64,000 nt of DNA from Octopus sinensis (Eukaryota), in NCBI RefSeq assembly GCF_006345805.1, contig NC_043004.1, positions 74,524,001 to 74,588,000 of the forward strand, in the 5' to 3' direction. The notes beneath the pieces were generated by a model, which did no database searches, was not told the origin of the DNA, and saw only the letters and a program-made list of their open reading frames with translations. The position numbers and the translations under genes were made by a program. Shown here one piece after another: positions 50,021 through 60,618 of the stretch (position 1 is its first letter; each line of letters opens with the position of its first letter).

Positions 50021-51555
50021 GGCCTCTACAGTGAAGATACCCTGGCCATCTCTAGGGGTACAAAGGGGCATACACTAAACAGGCTTAGGAAAGATCTAAT
50101 CAGCACGCTTGCCTCCATGAGTTTGAAAATCACGATAAAGACTAACTTCACAACTGCGGACTTCTTAGACGTCACGCTAGACTTGGGCTCCAGGACATAC
50201 TGACACTGCCGCAAACCAAACGAGAAGTTAACGTACATCACCACAGCCTTCTGCCACTCACCGATCGTGTTCAAAAACCTGGTAAAATGTGTTAGTAAGA
50301 CGACCACAAACCTTTCCTCCAGCCAAGAGGTTTTCGAAGCAACGGTCCCGTAATATAACGAGACACTGCTAACAGCGGATTTAGGGACCGCATCTCCTAC
50401 ATGCCGGAGCTCAACAACCGCAAAAGAAAGTGCAGTAGAATTACAATTTTGTTTGCCCCACCCTTCTCTCTTAACACAAAAACGCGGGGGCAGAATATTC
50501 CTTAAATTAATACATAATCACTTTATAAGCTCCCATAGATATGAGCACATTTTCAACAGGCACAACGTTAGAGTTTCGCTTAGCTTTGTCCCCAATATTA
50601 AGAGCATCCTAGTTAGAACCCCTAAGTCTCAGAAAGAGGCACAGTGTTCATGCAGGTACCGCTCCAGATGCTTTGCTTGGTTTATTTTGAAAACAAAGGG
50701 ATCGTGTATAAGGCCGAAGTACTAGCAAACCCTGACAATACAACCGGTAGAACAAGAACAGCCGTAGACACGAGAACAGAACCAGCAACACCGCCACAGT
50801 TAACAACATTAGCAACAATAGCAATAACAGCACCAACGATGGCATTGCCTATTCTCCCGTACAGCAATAACAACATTAGCAACAACAGCAGCATCGCCAC
50901 CAGCAACAGAATTACGTCCATTGTAGCAGACGTGACAACCTCTGTAACAGTAGCAACAGCTCGAGTACCCCTGCCAGATATAGCGGCAATAACAGCACCA
51001 ACACTGATTGTGGTCCTAGCAGATACATCAGCGAAACGACAGCGAATGACACATCCAACAGAAATGGCAACTCTCCCACCAATGATGAAGACCAAACAAA
51101 AACATCAGCGCCTTCACCATAAGCCGCAACCTCGATACCATTACCGATGCTACCACCACCTCCAGTGACGCCAACACCAGCAGTCACAGCTCCAGCAACA
51201 ACAATGTTGGTGACACCAATAACACCAACACTAGCAAGTAGAGTTCCGACAACACACGCCCACGGAGATGCATTGGATATTCCGGGAACTCTTTCAAGCA
51301 ACGTCTACCCAGCCACATGTCCTCCTTCAGAGTTCCTGAAAATAGATACCTAACATCACTTGTCAACCACGTCTGTCAACTAAGAGACGATAATATTCCC
51401 TACTCGTTCTCTTGGTAAGTTCTTGAGAACCCTTGCCCCTACATCACCGAGCCGAAGCGTTGCAAGTTATGCATAGCTGAACACACAGGTATCCAAAAAA
51501 ACTCACTCGAACCGGGAAACATTCTTAACTACAGAACGGAGATTTTCGGGCCATG
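50021..51555 (+). mobile_element. Degenerate PLE, YRDD-type lineage, RT end + GIY-YIG
   Basis: GLYSEDTLA (decayed YRDDGL), DFLDVTLDL, RKPNEKLTYI, FAPPFS, FLKLI..HF, HIFNRHNVRVS, IVYKAEV, CIG.SGNSFKQR..SH.SSF, W.VL...Y....CKLCIAE, LN.R.E. Confidence 0.8.
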
Positions 51556-51769
51556 TTTATATTTCAGGTTGTTTCTGATAGCTTTTGGGGGCCCGCAAGA
51601 AAGGGGCACAGCCGGAAGTCGATAGCCAATTTTTCCCTTTGAGTTGTGAGGCATTTCCCCTTCCACATTTTTAAGAGCGCATGGGCTAAAAGGTTTTTAA
51701 GATCTAACCCATAAACTGGCCTTCCTCATATATATATTCCGAATTTGTGTGGATGTGTAGAGAATATAT

Positions 51770-52787
51770 CAGTTAAATAAACTTAAAACATAGTCTGGCT
51801 TTCACGTTTTTACTATGGTAAATTAACATTAAAAAATTATGTTTTGTAATGTTCATACAGTTCAATTAGCACTTTCATACGTTCGTAGTAGTCATCAGAC
51901 TTCCAAATGAATTTAACAGATTTCTTGGCAACTATAGTATTTCTTAGTACTTTTCCAACAAGCTGAATTTTCGGAATACGGTTTTGACCAATCTGCATGC
52001 ATCTTCTAATTCACGGTTCGCTGAGCGTACCGATTTACTGGCTTAGATCCCGCCTCTATTTTAACCAATTAGGTTGCGGTTTACATGTAATGGTTTTATG
52101 AGCGATCAAACTGAGTTGGCTTCAATCGTATTTATTTCGGTTGGTGGAAGTCTTCTCTAATTTTTTTTATATTCGTATGTTAAAGGTATTTTTTAATCCA
52201 CATCATTAACTTGTTGTTATATTATTGTTGATATTTCCGTTCAGAACAGGTTTGAATATTTTAATAAACCGTTTTTCTTTTATCATTCTTCCAAACTCAC
52301 TTATGGAAATTAAAATTTAGAAATATTTTCTGGCCAGATGTTTCTATATGTTCGATGAATGGAATTTGGAAACAACAACAATATAACAAACAGTTAGCGA
52401 TGTGGATTTTAAAAACCACCTTTTAGATATAAATAACAGAAGACCCGGCAACAATGGAAATAAAACGATCGAAACTAAATTTGTTCACTCCTGAAGCTAT
52501 TACATGTGAACCGCAAGCTAATTGGTTAAAATAAGTCCGAATCTAAGCCACAAATATTGTTATACCGGGCAAACCATAACGTTTAAACTGTATGCAGATT
52601 GGTCAAAACTGTACTCCAGAAATTCAATTTGTTAGAGCGTTCTAAAAGACTTCAACTGTTAGTTAAATACATTTAGAAATCCGATCATTACTACCAAAAG
52701 TATGAAAGCGCTAATTGAACAAACATTTTTGTTAAAATACTATAACAAAAAAGTGAAAACGGGACCATGTTTAACTTTATTCAACTG
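51770..52787. mobile_element. ~1-kb fold-back / MITE-like element with long imperfect inverted arms
   Basis: Arms ~51770-52240 and ~52365-52787 pair throughout (GTTCAATTAGCACTTTCATAC / GTATGAAAGCGCTAATTGAAC; TTTTAACCAATTAG / CTAATTGGTTAAAA; TTGACCAATCTGCAT / ATGCAGATTGGTCAA); termini CAGTT...AACTG. Confidence 0.75.
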
Positions 52788-52870
<83 letters not shown>

Positions 52871-53131
52871 GTGTGTGTATATGTATATATATATATATGT
52901 ATATATGTATGTATATATGTATGTATTATGTATGTATGTAATATGTATGTATATATGTGTTCCTCCTCGGTAGGTTACGAACCGAGGTTAAAGAGCTTCT
53001 ACCTGCCCATGAGGAAAGGTATCCCATTCCAAACACCAAACCACCAGCCAAACGCTCTAGAAAGTGGTCAAATATCGTTCTCCTGTCCCAAACAGGTTAT
53101 TTATATATGTTTATATATATATATATATGTG

Positions 53132-53211
<80 letters not shown>

Positions 53212-53789
53212 TATACATATAAGAATATATATTTAAAAAATGATATATGCATATTTACAATATTTGTTGGGTGGCGGTTGACTGCCCATGATTTCTCCTG
53301 ACTTTTGACTAATTTTAGTACCACAGAGTGTCCATCGATGACCCTCCTCACCAGCCAAACCTGGTGAGGTCACCAGTTTAGTCACCGATTGCATGTTAAC
53401 AGTAGCACCCAAGAGCGACCTCACATGAGTTTAGCTTGACCATCAATATCTAAAAAAACTGTTGTAATTTATCAACCTGCATGTGGTGCTGCTTGCACCA
53501 CCCCCCTAAAAATATTTTCTTAAGAATACTTGAGGTTGTTGATTCTTTTCATCTATCTTAGAAACTCTGTACAAAATTATGGCAATCTGAATACAGAAAT
53601 ACATCCGCAAATTCAATGGGCAGCACAAGCATTTGTGGTTTGGAGTGACCCGTTTGGGGCCAACGATGTATAAATAACAGCAGAAAATTGGCACTTTACT
53701 AATCGTTTTCCTTGCCCTCCCGGTTGTATTCTTCTGAAACATGGACATGTTATAAAAGATTTCAAATTGTTTGAACAATTCCATCAAAA

Positions 53790-54125
53790 ATAACTTCATC
53801 CCATTTAAAATATTAAATGGAGTTCTTTTACTCCCAAAACAGATATCCTTACATCTGCAGGCATCACTTCAATTAAAGCAATGATTCTGAAAAACCAAGT
53901 GAGAGGGTCCGGCCATATTGTTCGAATGGCAGATAAATGCACACACAAACAACTGTTTTATGGCAAGCTTGCAGAGGAGAAACGTTTTCGGTGTAAACCT
54001 GAAAAGAGGTTTAAGGATCGCATAAGGATTACCATGAAGTCTCTTGGAATGGATCCAGAAGATACAGAAACGCTTGCTTCGGATCGAGCCGGATGGCTAA
54101 CAGAAATATGGAGTGGTGTCTTTTA
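53790..54125 (+). mobile_element. RTE (BovB-like) LINE 3' coding remnant
   Basis: IKW...DIL..AGITSI.AMIL..QVR..GHIVRM....KQLFYGKL....R...P.KRFKD. Confidence 0.7.
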
Positions 54126-54516
54126 GCATAAAACTTTTGTCATTAAACATAAAATTGAAATATTACAGAGTGGCAAATTCTGGACTTCATATTAATCATT
54201 GCTAATGATTTTCCTTTAAAATGTATTATAATTGTGAAATCACCTTCAAAATGAGGCCCCCAATATGCAATAAGGTATATTTTGCTCCTTGGTTGAAAGA
54301 TATCGAAGGCGAAACTAATAAATCTAAGACTGTATATATGCATTTGCATATTGAAAAATGTTGCATTATGTCTGTTTGATTCCTATTTGATTTTACATTT
54401 CAAATATTTATTTTCGGTATTGTATTTGTATTTTTCAACTAAATGGCAATGCTAGTTTTTTATTTGACCACGCTCTTTATTTCACTTGATCTGTAATGAC
54501 TTTCTCTTTATTTCAG

Positions 54517-54572
54517 CTCAGCAAGCAAGAATTTTTATAGATGCTGTGGTTATCTACATCGTATTGCAGTAG
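54517..54572 (+). CDS. Host gene terminal coding exon 5
   Basis: TTTCTCTTTATTTCAG|; phase 1; (T)QQARIFIDAVVIYIVLQ-TAG; brings the total CDS to 738 nt. Confidence 0.6.
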
Positions 54573-54662
54573 AATCTAAATTATACTTCAAATTATGTAT
54601 GCCAATATATACTTAGATATATGTGTGCATGAATGATTTGCCTACATACATACGCTTTGAGA

Positions 54663-54668
54663 AATAAA
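54663..54668 (+). promoter_or_regulatory. Candidate polyadenylation signal AATAAA
   Basis: 90 nt after the predicted stop; AATAAA is common in this AT-rich DNA. Confidence 0.35.
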
Positions 54669-55424
54669 AATAACATCTTCATACTTACATTTAAATATGT
54701 GTGTGTATGTGTGTGTTTGTGAGTATATAAATATATATATATACTCTAGTATCTGAGTACTCTTTTTTCCACCTTGTTTAACATTTATGTGCTTACTCCA
54801 ATATATATATATATATATATAAAATATATCAAATAAAATTAAAAACGAAACACAAAGGATATAACGGTACACGTGTTTCAAGCTTTATAAACAATCCGTT
54901 ATTACATCAGTGTATTATTGATAAAAAAGATGGTTTAAAGCTCTCTTCAGCTGCAAACATTGTTAGTCCAAAGAATTACATCACAACACAAAAAATTTTA
55001 AAACTACATGTAGTATTACCCATTATAATAGGTTTATCATATCTCCTGAAAATGTGTATTTGTAAAATTTCATAACTGTATAAATGTATAAAGATTCATT
55101 GGATTTCGAAAATCTGCCCATACTGTATCACCTGTCAACATAGAGTGAATGTTAAATAGATTGGAATGATTTTATATTTAATTTTCTAGTATAAGATAGG
55201 AAGGAAAATAAGATGGAAAGAAAAAAAGAAAAAAAGAAAAATAGAGAGAAAAAATAAAAGTTAAAAGTTAAAAAATAAAATTATAAAAAATAAGAAATAA
55301 AGAGCAAGAGTACTGGAAGTAAAAGACAATGGAAGCAAAAGACAAGTGTAATAAAAGCAAAAATAGTAAAAAAAAATTAAAAATAAGGATAATAAAGTTA
55401 GAATTACATATAAATAATAACACC

Positions 55425-55816
55425 CACCCTTTGTGGTTAGCCATATTGAGATGGCTATTATACTTTACTTTGTCGAGCGGTTACTGTTTACATCTCGTTC
55501 AGAGATTTATTATTGCTTGCAGACAGTTTTTCGAAATCAGTTACGGAAGTTACTAGAAAAACATTTAAGTATTTGCATACAGGTCTTTCTTTTCATCCTA
55601 AACCGGTGATTACTGCCCGTTACAAGAAGCATCTACCTCGAAACTGCGGTCCGTGTGTATCACTTTGGCTTACGAGAGAAGGATGACCTCCCTTTGCAAA
55701 TACCATAAGGGCACAGATAGTGTGCCTAAAGCCAGCTGGAGACGATGATCTCCTGGGGCTAAAAGCTACAGTAACATCCACCCTGTGTGGTTAGCCATAT
55801 TGAGATGGCTATTATA
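55425..55816. repeat. 38-bp direct repeats bracketing ~315 bp
   Basis: CACCCT(T/G)TGTGGTTAGCCATATTGAGATGGCTATTATA at 55425-55462 and 55779-55816 (1 mismatch); contains the hairpin TAGCCAT/ATGGCTA. Confidence 0.85.
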
Positions 55817-56322
55817 GTTCACACATATATAAGAATTAACCAAATAAGAATAAAGTAACAAAAAAAGATTAAAACAAAAGAATTGAGAATGTAAGGTAGA
55901 GAAAGTTATAAAGAGATAATATACTAAAGGAATGAGAATTAGATTTTGGCTTGGATGGGATGGTAGTGGTCATAAATAATTTCTTATTTTCGACCACTCT
56001 TTGAGGTTGTAATTTGATATCGTTGTGATGAATGGTCAGTTTACACAAACCCGCCACTAAAAGTTGCTAGCTTTATAAGTTTATCGTATATGTATATGTG
56101 TGTGTATATACACGTACTCATACACATAAATATAAACAAACATACTCGAGCGTATACAAGTATGCCTCATTATGCACAGCATTAAATACATGGAATTACA
56201 TACACATCTCCACACATATCTATATTTAAACCCTAGTAAACATATACATACACTACTATATCCTTAAGCATATATACAGATATATATATATATATACACA
56301 CACACACAACACACACATATCT

Positions 56323-56428
<106 letters not shown>

Positions 56429-57043
56429 ATAAATAAAATATATGCATACATAGAAACATATATGTACGTGCCACATCTACCTGTATATATACATGCATAT
56501 ATAAATATATATATGTACAGGTCACCACAAAAAGACGTAAAAACCCAACAGAAACGAAAACGGAAAAGCCATTTTGTTACAACAGAAGGACGAGAACAAA
56601 AACAGGAAAAACATTAAGTACAACAGAAAAACGAAGTACAGGACATGCTACACAAGGAAAAATCCCCTTCATCAGCTGTTACAAGCAGACATAGCGTGTT
56701 TCGAAGGCAAGACAGGACACCTCTCGCCATGCTAGGCCTTCCTACGAGAGAATTAAAATAAAATAACCTCGCAGAGGGGTAAAACAAGCTAGAAAAAAAT
56801 GTAACACAAAAAGGGACGTAACAAAGAACTGCACAATAAAATACAAGAAAAAAATACAAAATAAAAAACATGTACAAGAAAATACAAAACGAGAAATAAA
56901 ATACAATACGAGAAATCAATATAAACAAGAGAACAAACGAAAAAGACGAACGAAGGCCTTTGTTCTGACAGGGACGAGAGAGTATATATATATATGTATA
57001 TATGTACATACACATACATATACCCACCCACCCACACACACAC

Positions 57044-57104
<61 letters not shown>

Positions 57105-57321
57105 CACATGCATACACATACATATGTATACATATATATATTCCCATGTATAATATCCGCATATATTCACGCACTTATATTCATGTATATACACGCATAC
57201 ATTACATCTTATAAATGTCTATTTGGTTTTGAGTATACAACAGTTATACTTTAATAATTTAATATTTAATAATTTAGTATAATTTAATATACTATTCTCC
57301 AAAGACTGAGTTCCATATCTC

Positions 57322-57716
57322 TTTTACTCGTTTCAGTCATTTGACTGCGGCCATGCTGGAGCACCGCCTTTAGTCGAGCAAATCAACTCCGGGACTTATT
57401 CTTTGTAACCCCAGTACTTATTCTATCGGTCTCTTTTGCCGAACCGCTAAGTGACGGAGACGTAAACACACCAGCATCGGTTGTCAAGCAAAGCTAGGGG
57501 GACAAACACAGACACACAAACACACACACATACATATATATATACATATATACGACAGGCTTCTTTCAGTTTCCGTCTGCCTAATCCACTCACAAGGCAT
57601 TGGTCGGCCGGGGCTATAGAAGAAGACACTTGCCCAAGGTGCCACGCAGTGGGACTGAACCCGGAACCATGTGGCTGGTTAGCAAGCTACTTACCACACA
57701 GCCACTCTTGCGCCTA
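57322..57716 (-). mobile_element. SINE family B, full length
   Basis: Reverse-complement match to 20617-21070. Confidence 0.88.
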
Positions 57717-58575
57717 TATATTTAAAAGTTAAAAAAATTTTTTTTTAAGGGGATTTCTTTGATCTATCTATGATAAATCCAATAGGCCTCTCATTAAGTA
57801 ACTACAAATCGGAGTGATGGATTATCAGTAAATGGAATGCATTAAAGGAAATAAATAAAATGATAAAAGGAGTTTTACAAGGATAGTATTTTTTTTAAAT
57901 ACGTGATTGTGAAAGGTCATTAGAATTAGTAAGATATTAACAGCTTAAACTGAGAATGTATCAATAATATATCAAAATCCATCAAATATATTTGAAAATG
58001 CTCAAAAGATATCTGCCATGATACATAACAAGATAAATAATAATAAATAATAATAGCTTACAAAGAGATAAAGAGCAAAGTGAAAATGTAAAGAATAAAA
58101 GATAAAAAATAAAATAAAGTGTAAAAAATAAAAAAATAGAAAGTAAGCAATAAGAAATAAGAAATAAGATAAGCTGAAATGAATATTAAGATGGAAGTTA
58201 AAGATAAAATACAAAGAAAAATCATAATAATCGTAATAATAATAATAATAATAATACTATAATATTATAATATAATAGTAATAATATAGGAATTGGAAAA
58301 ATATATGTTGATTGGAGAGATTTCAAGATTATCCAATTATGTAAATTCTACTCCTATTTTGATTATATATATATATAAATTCCCATGTTATCTAAACGAC
58401 AAGGTTCGCTGAGTAACGAATTACCAGGGCTCCAAGGATATAGCCGAGACGGTAGCTATGGAAGGATTTTAGATTTCCGATATAGCGGATATATAATTGT
58501 GAAAGACAACAACAGACGTTAAGTTAATATAAATATCTCAAGTTATATGCATTATTATTATAGGAAAATATCAAT

Positions 58576-58654
58576 GTCTTACAGCTGTTTCTAGGATATC
58601 TACGATGACGGTATATCTCGTCCTGTGGGAAGTCCCAGAAACAGCTGTGAGACT
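58576..58654. repeat. Short fold-back carrying two inverted hammerhead 3' halves
   Basis: GTCTTACAGCTGTTTCTAGGA ... TCCCAGAAACAGCTGTGAGAC; no CUGANGA on either strand. Confidence 0.6.
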
Positions 58655-58869
58655 TGAGATGTTTGTCTCGCCTTAACATTTGTTGTCCTCTTTAACAATT
58701 ATATTTAACAATTTAACAGATATATATATATATATATATATAGATCAATAAATGGTGGGGTTGTGTTGACCGCACGTGGAGAAATGATAAGTAAGGAAAA
58801 ATTTTTTTTAAAATGCAGAATGCTCAAATGAAAGAAAATTTTAATAAAATGAGAAAATGATAAAATATA

Positions 58870-60618
58870 TAAATATATATTTATTCAACCGGTTTTCGTC
58901 ATTGTATGACTTGTCAAGAATATTTATGTTTTAAGAAGTTATTTTAAAAATTAGAAAGGGGAAAAAAAGAAAATTGCATTGTTTTTTGTAAAAGAATAAT
59001 GATAAAAATGTACAAAAATTAAAAAATAAGTTCTCCGATACATTGTGAGTTCGTTGTGTATCTTGAGTTTTATGGTTGTTTACCAAAAAATTACCTTGAG
59101 GTGTTAAGATCCAAAGGGATTAAGAGCATGTGATGTGTTGTGTTGTTAAATTCAGCATGTTGCAGGACAGGAAGTAGTAGTAATTGTGGTCCTGGTTCTT
59201 CAGTTCCTGTGTTGTGGGTAAGGGGAGACAACTCTTTTGAGTTCTTCAATAAAACCCAAATTATAAAACTATCATTTTAGCTTCATTTGCATTATCTTTT
59301 TTATATAATTGCTTGTTAACTTAACTTTCAGATTTTAACACTTTATTTATATTATTTTCTAATAATATAAATCTGCATAGACAATTGCATTTCAAATTGT
59401 CATATCATTTATAATAAAAATGATAGTAATAACAACAATAGTAAAAATGATATTTAAAGAATATAAGTTTTAGCTTGAAGTGATGAATGCATGGTATCTT
59501 TATATATTTGTGTTAGTCCATCCATGAAGAGTGAGGTAGAGAAAGGAAGTTTGATCAACGAGGAGTTTGCATATTAAGTTGTGTTTGGAATTTTTCAATA
59601 AAGAGATTCTCCTTGTTAATTCTCTCCTGTGTGGTGATCCCGTCTTTACATTGGTAGAAGGGGAATATATAGAATTTGGGGTTTAAGTCTTTAGCACATG
59701 AGTCTAAGTGGTCACTCAGTGGAATTTGTCGGTATTCCGGGAGATTTATTTGTTCTTTATGCACCGTTACTCGTTTACGTAACGGGAGACTCGTTTGTCC
59801 AACATAATTATGTTGGCAACCAGCGCATGTGAGAACGTAGATAAGGTTCTCGGAGGAACAGGAGAAGTTAGTCTTGATTTTAAACTTCGTACCTTGTTTG
59901 AAGGTAAATTCAGAGCCTTCAAGTAGAAAGGGGCAGGTACCACAGTTTGAGCGTGCACATTTTTTTACTGTTGGGGGTGGATGTGGTGTGTGAAGTTTGG
60001 CATTTGTCAAGAGTTTTTTTAAAGATTTGTGTTGCCTTTTGCATTTGAGGATTTTGTGTGTATTTATAATGTTTTTCATTTTTGGGTCTGTTGACAGTAG
60101 ACTGAGGTTTTGTATGATTGTGGTGTATGCTTCGATATTTTTGGGGTTGTGGGTGGAAATGTATGGAAGTATTTTGAGGTTGTGTGTGGTGTTAGGTTGG
60201 GTGGTTTTCAGTGTAGTGTTGTCTAGTTCTTTGGCGCGTTTTATTCCATACTCTATAAGGGTGGAGGGATATTGACGTTGTAATAGTGTTTTTTTGAGGT
60301 CTTGAAGGCGTATTTCTCGTGTTTTTGGATCCGAGACAATGGTGCATACCCTTTTAGCTAAATTGAAAGGGATATTTGTCTTGGTGTGTTTTGGGTGGCA
60401 TGAACTAAAGAGGAGGTATTGTTGTGAGTCTGTAGGTTTGTGGTAGATGTCTGTTATGATTTGGTTCTTAGGTGTTTTTATAATTAGGAGATCAAGGAAT
60501 GGGAGATGATGTTTGCTTAATTCCATAGTGAATTGGATGTTGGGATGTATGTTGTTTAGTATGGTTTTGAATTCCAGGAGTTTTTCATAAGGTTCTTTCC
60601 ATATGATGAAACAATCAT
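58870..60618 (-). mobile_element. Inverted duplicate of the 3' part of the adjacent PLE (RT end, GIY-YIG, 3' UTR)
   Basis: ORF 59555-60526 translates identically to the last 323 aa of ORF 62699-63910; 59467-59554 mirrors 63911-64000; breakpoint at ...AAACAATCAT|ACTACC. Confidence 0.92.
58883..58921 (-). ncRNA. Minimal hammerhead-like motif with U3-A8 core
   Basis: ATTC-TTGACAA-GTCA TACAA TGAC-GAAAAC CG GTT-GAAT; 4-bp stems I and II; one extra A in GAAAA. Confidence 0.55.

Noticed and set aside
50644-51353. Host mucin-like gene
   Set aside because: It has no signal peptide or splice sites and is flanked in register by PLE RT and GIY-YIG motifs, so it belongs to the element.
52247-52320. Alternative terminal exon after GTTCAGAACAG
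   Set aside because: It lies inside the fold-back spacer, has a weak pyrimidine tract and gives a peptide without the D...IYI ending found at 54517.
56655-56715. Permuted hammerhead-like string on the minus strand (CCTTC GAAAC..GTC..CTGATGA AGGGG)
   Set aside because: Stem I does not form in register with a GUC cleavage site (the CTG/CAG pairing uses the H17 base); possibly a decayed PLE terminus, but not callable.
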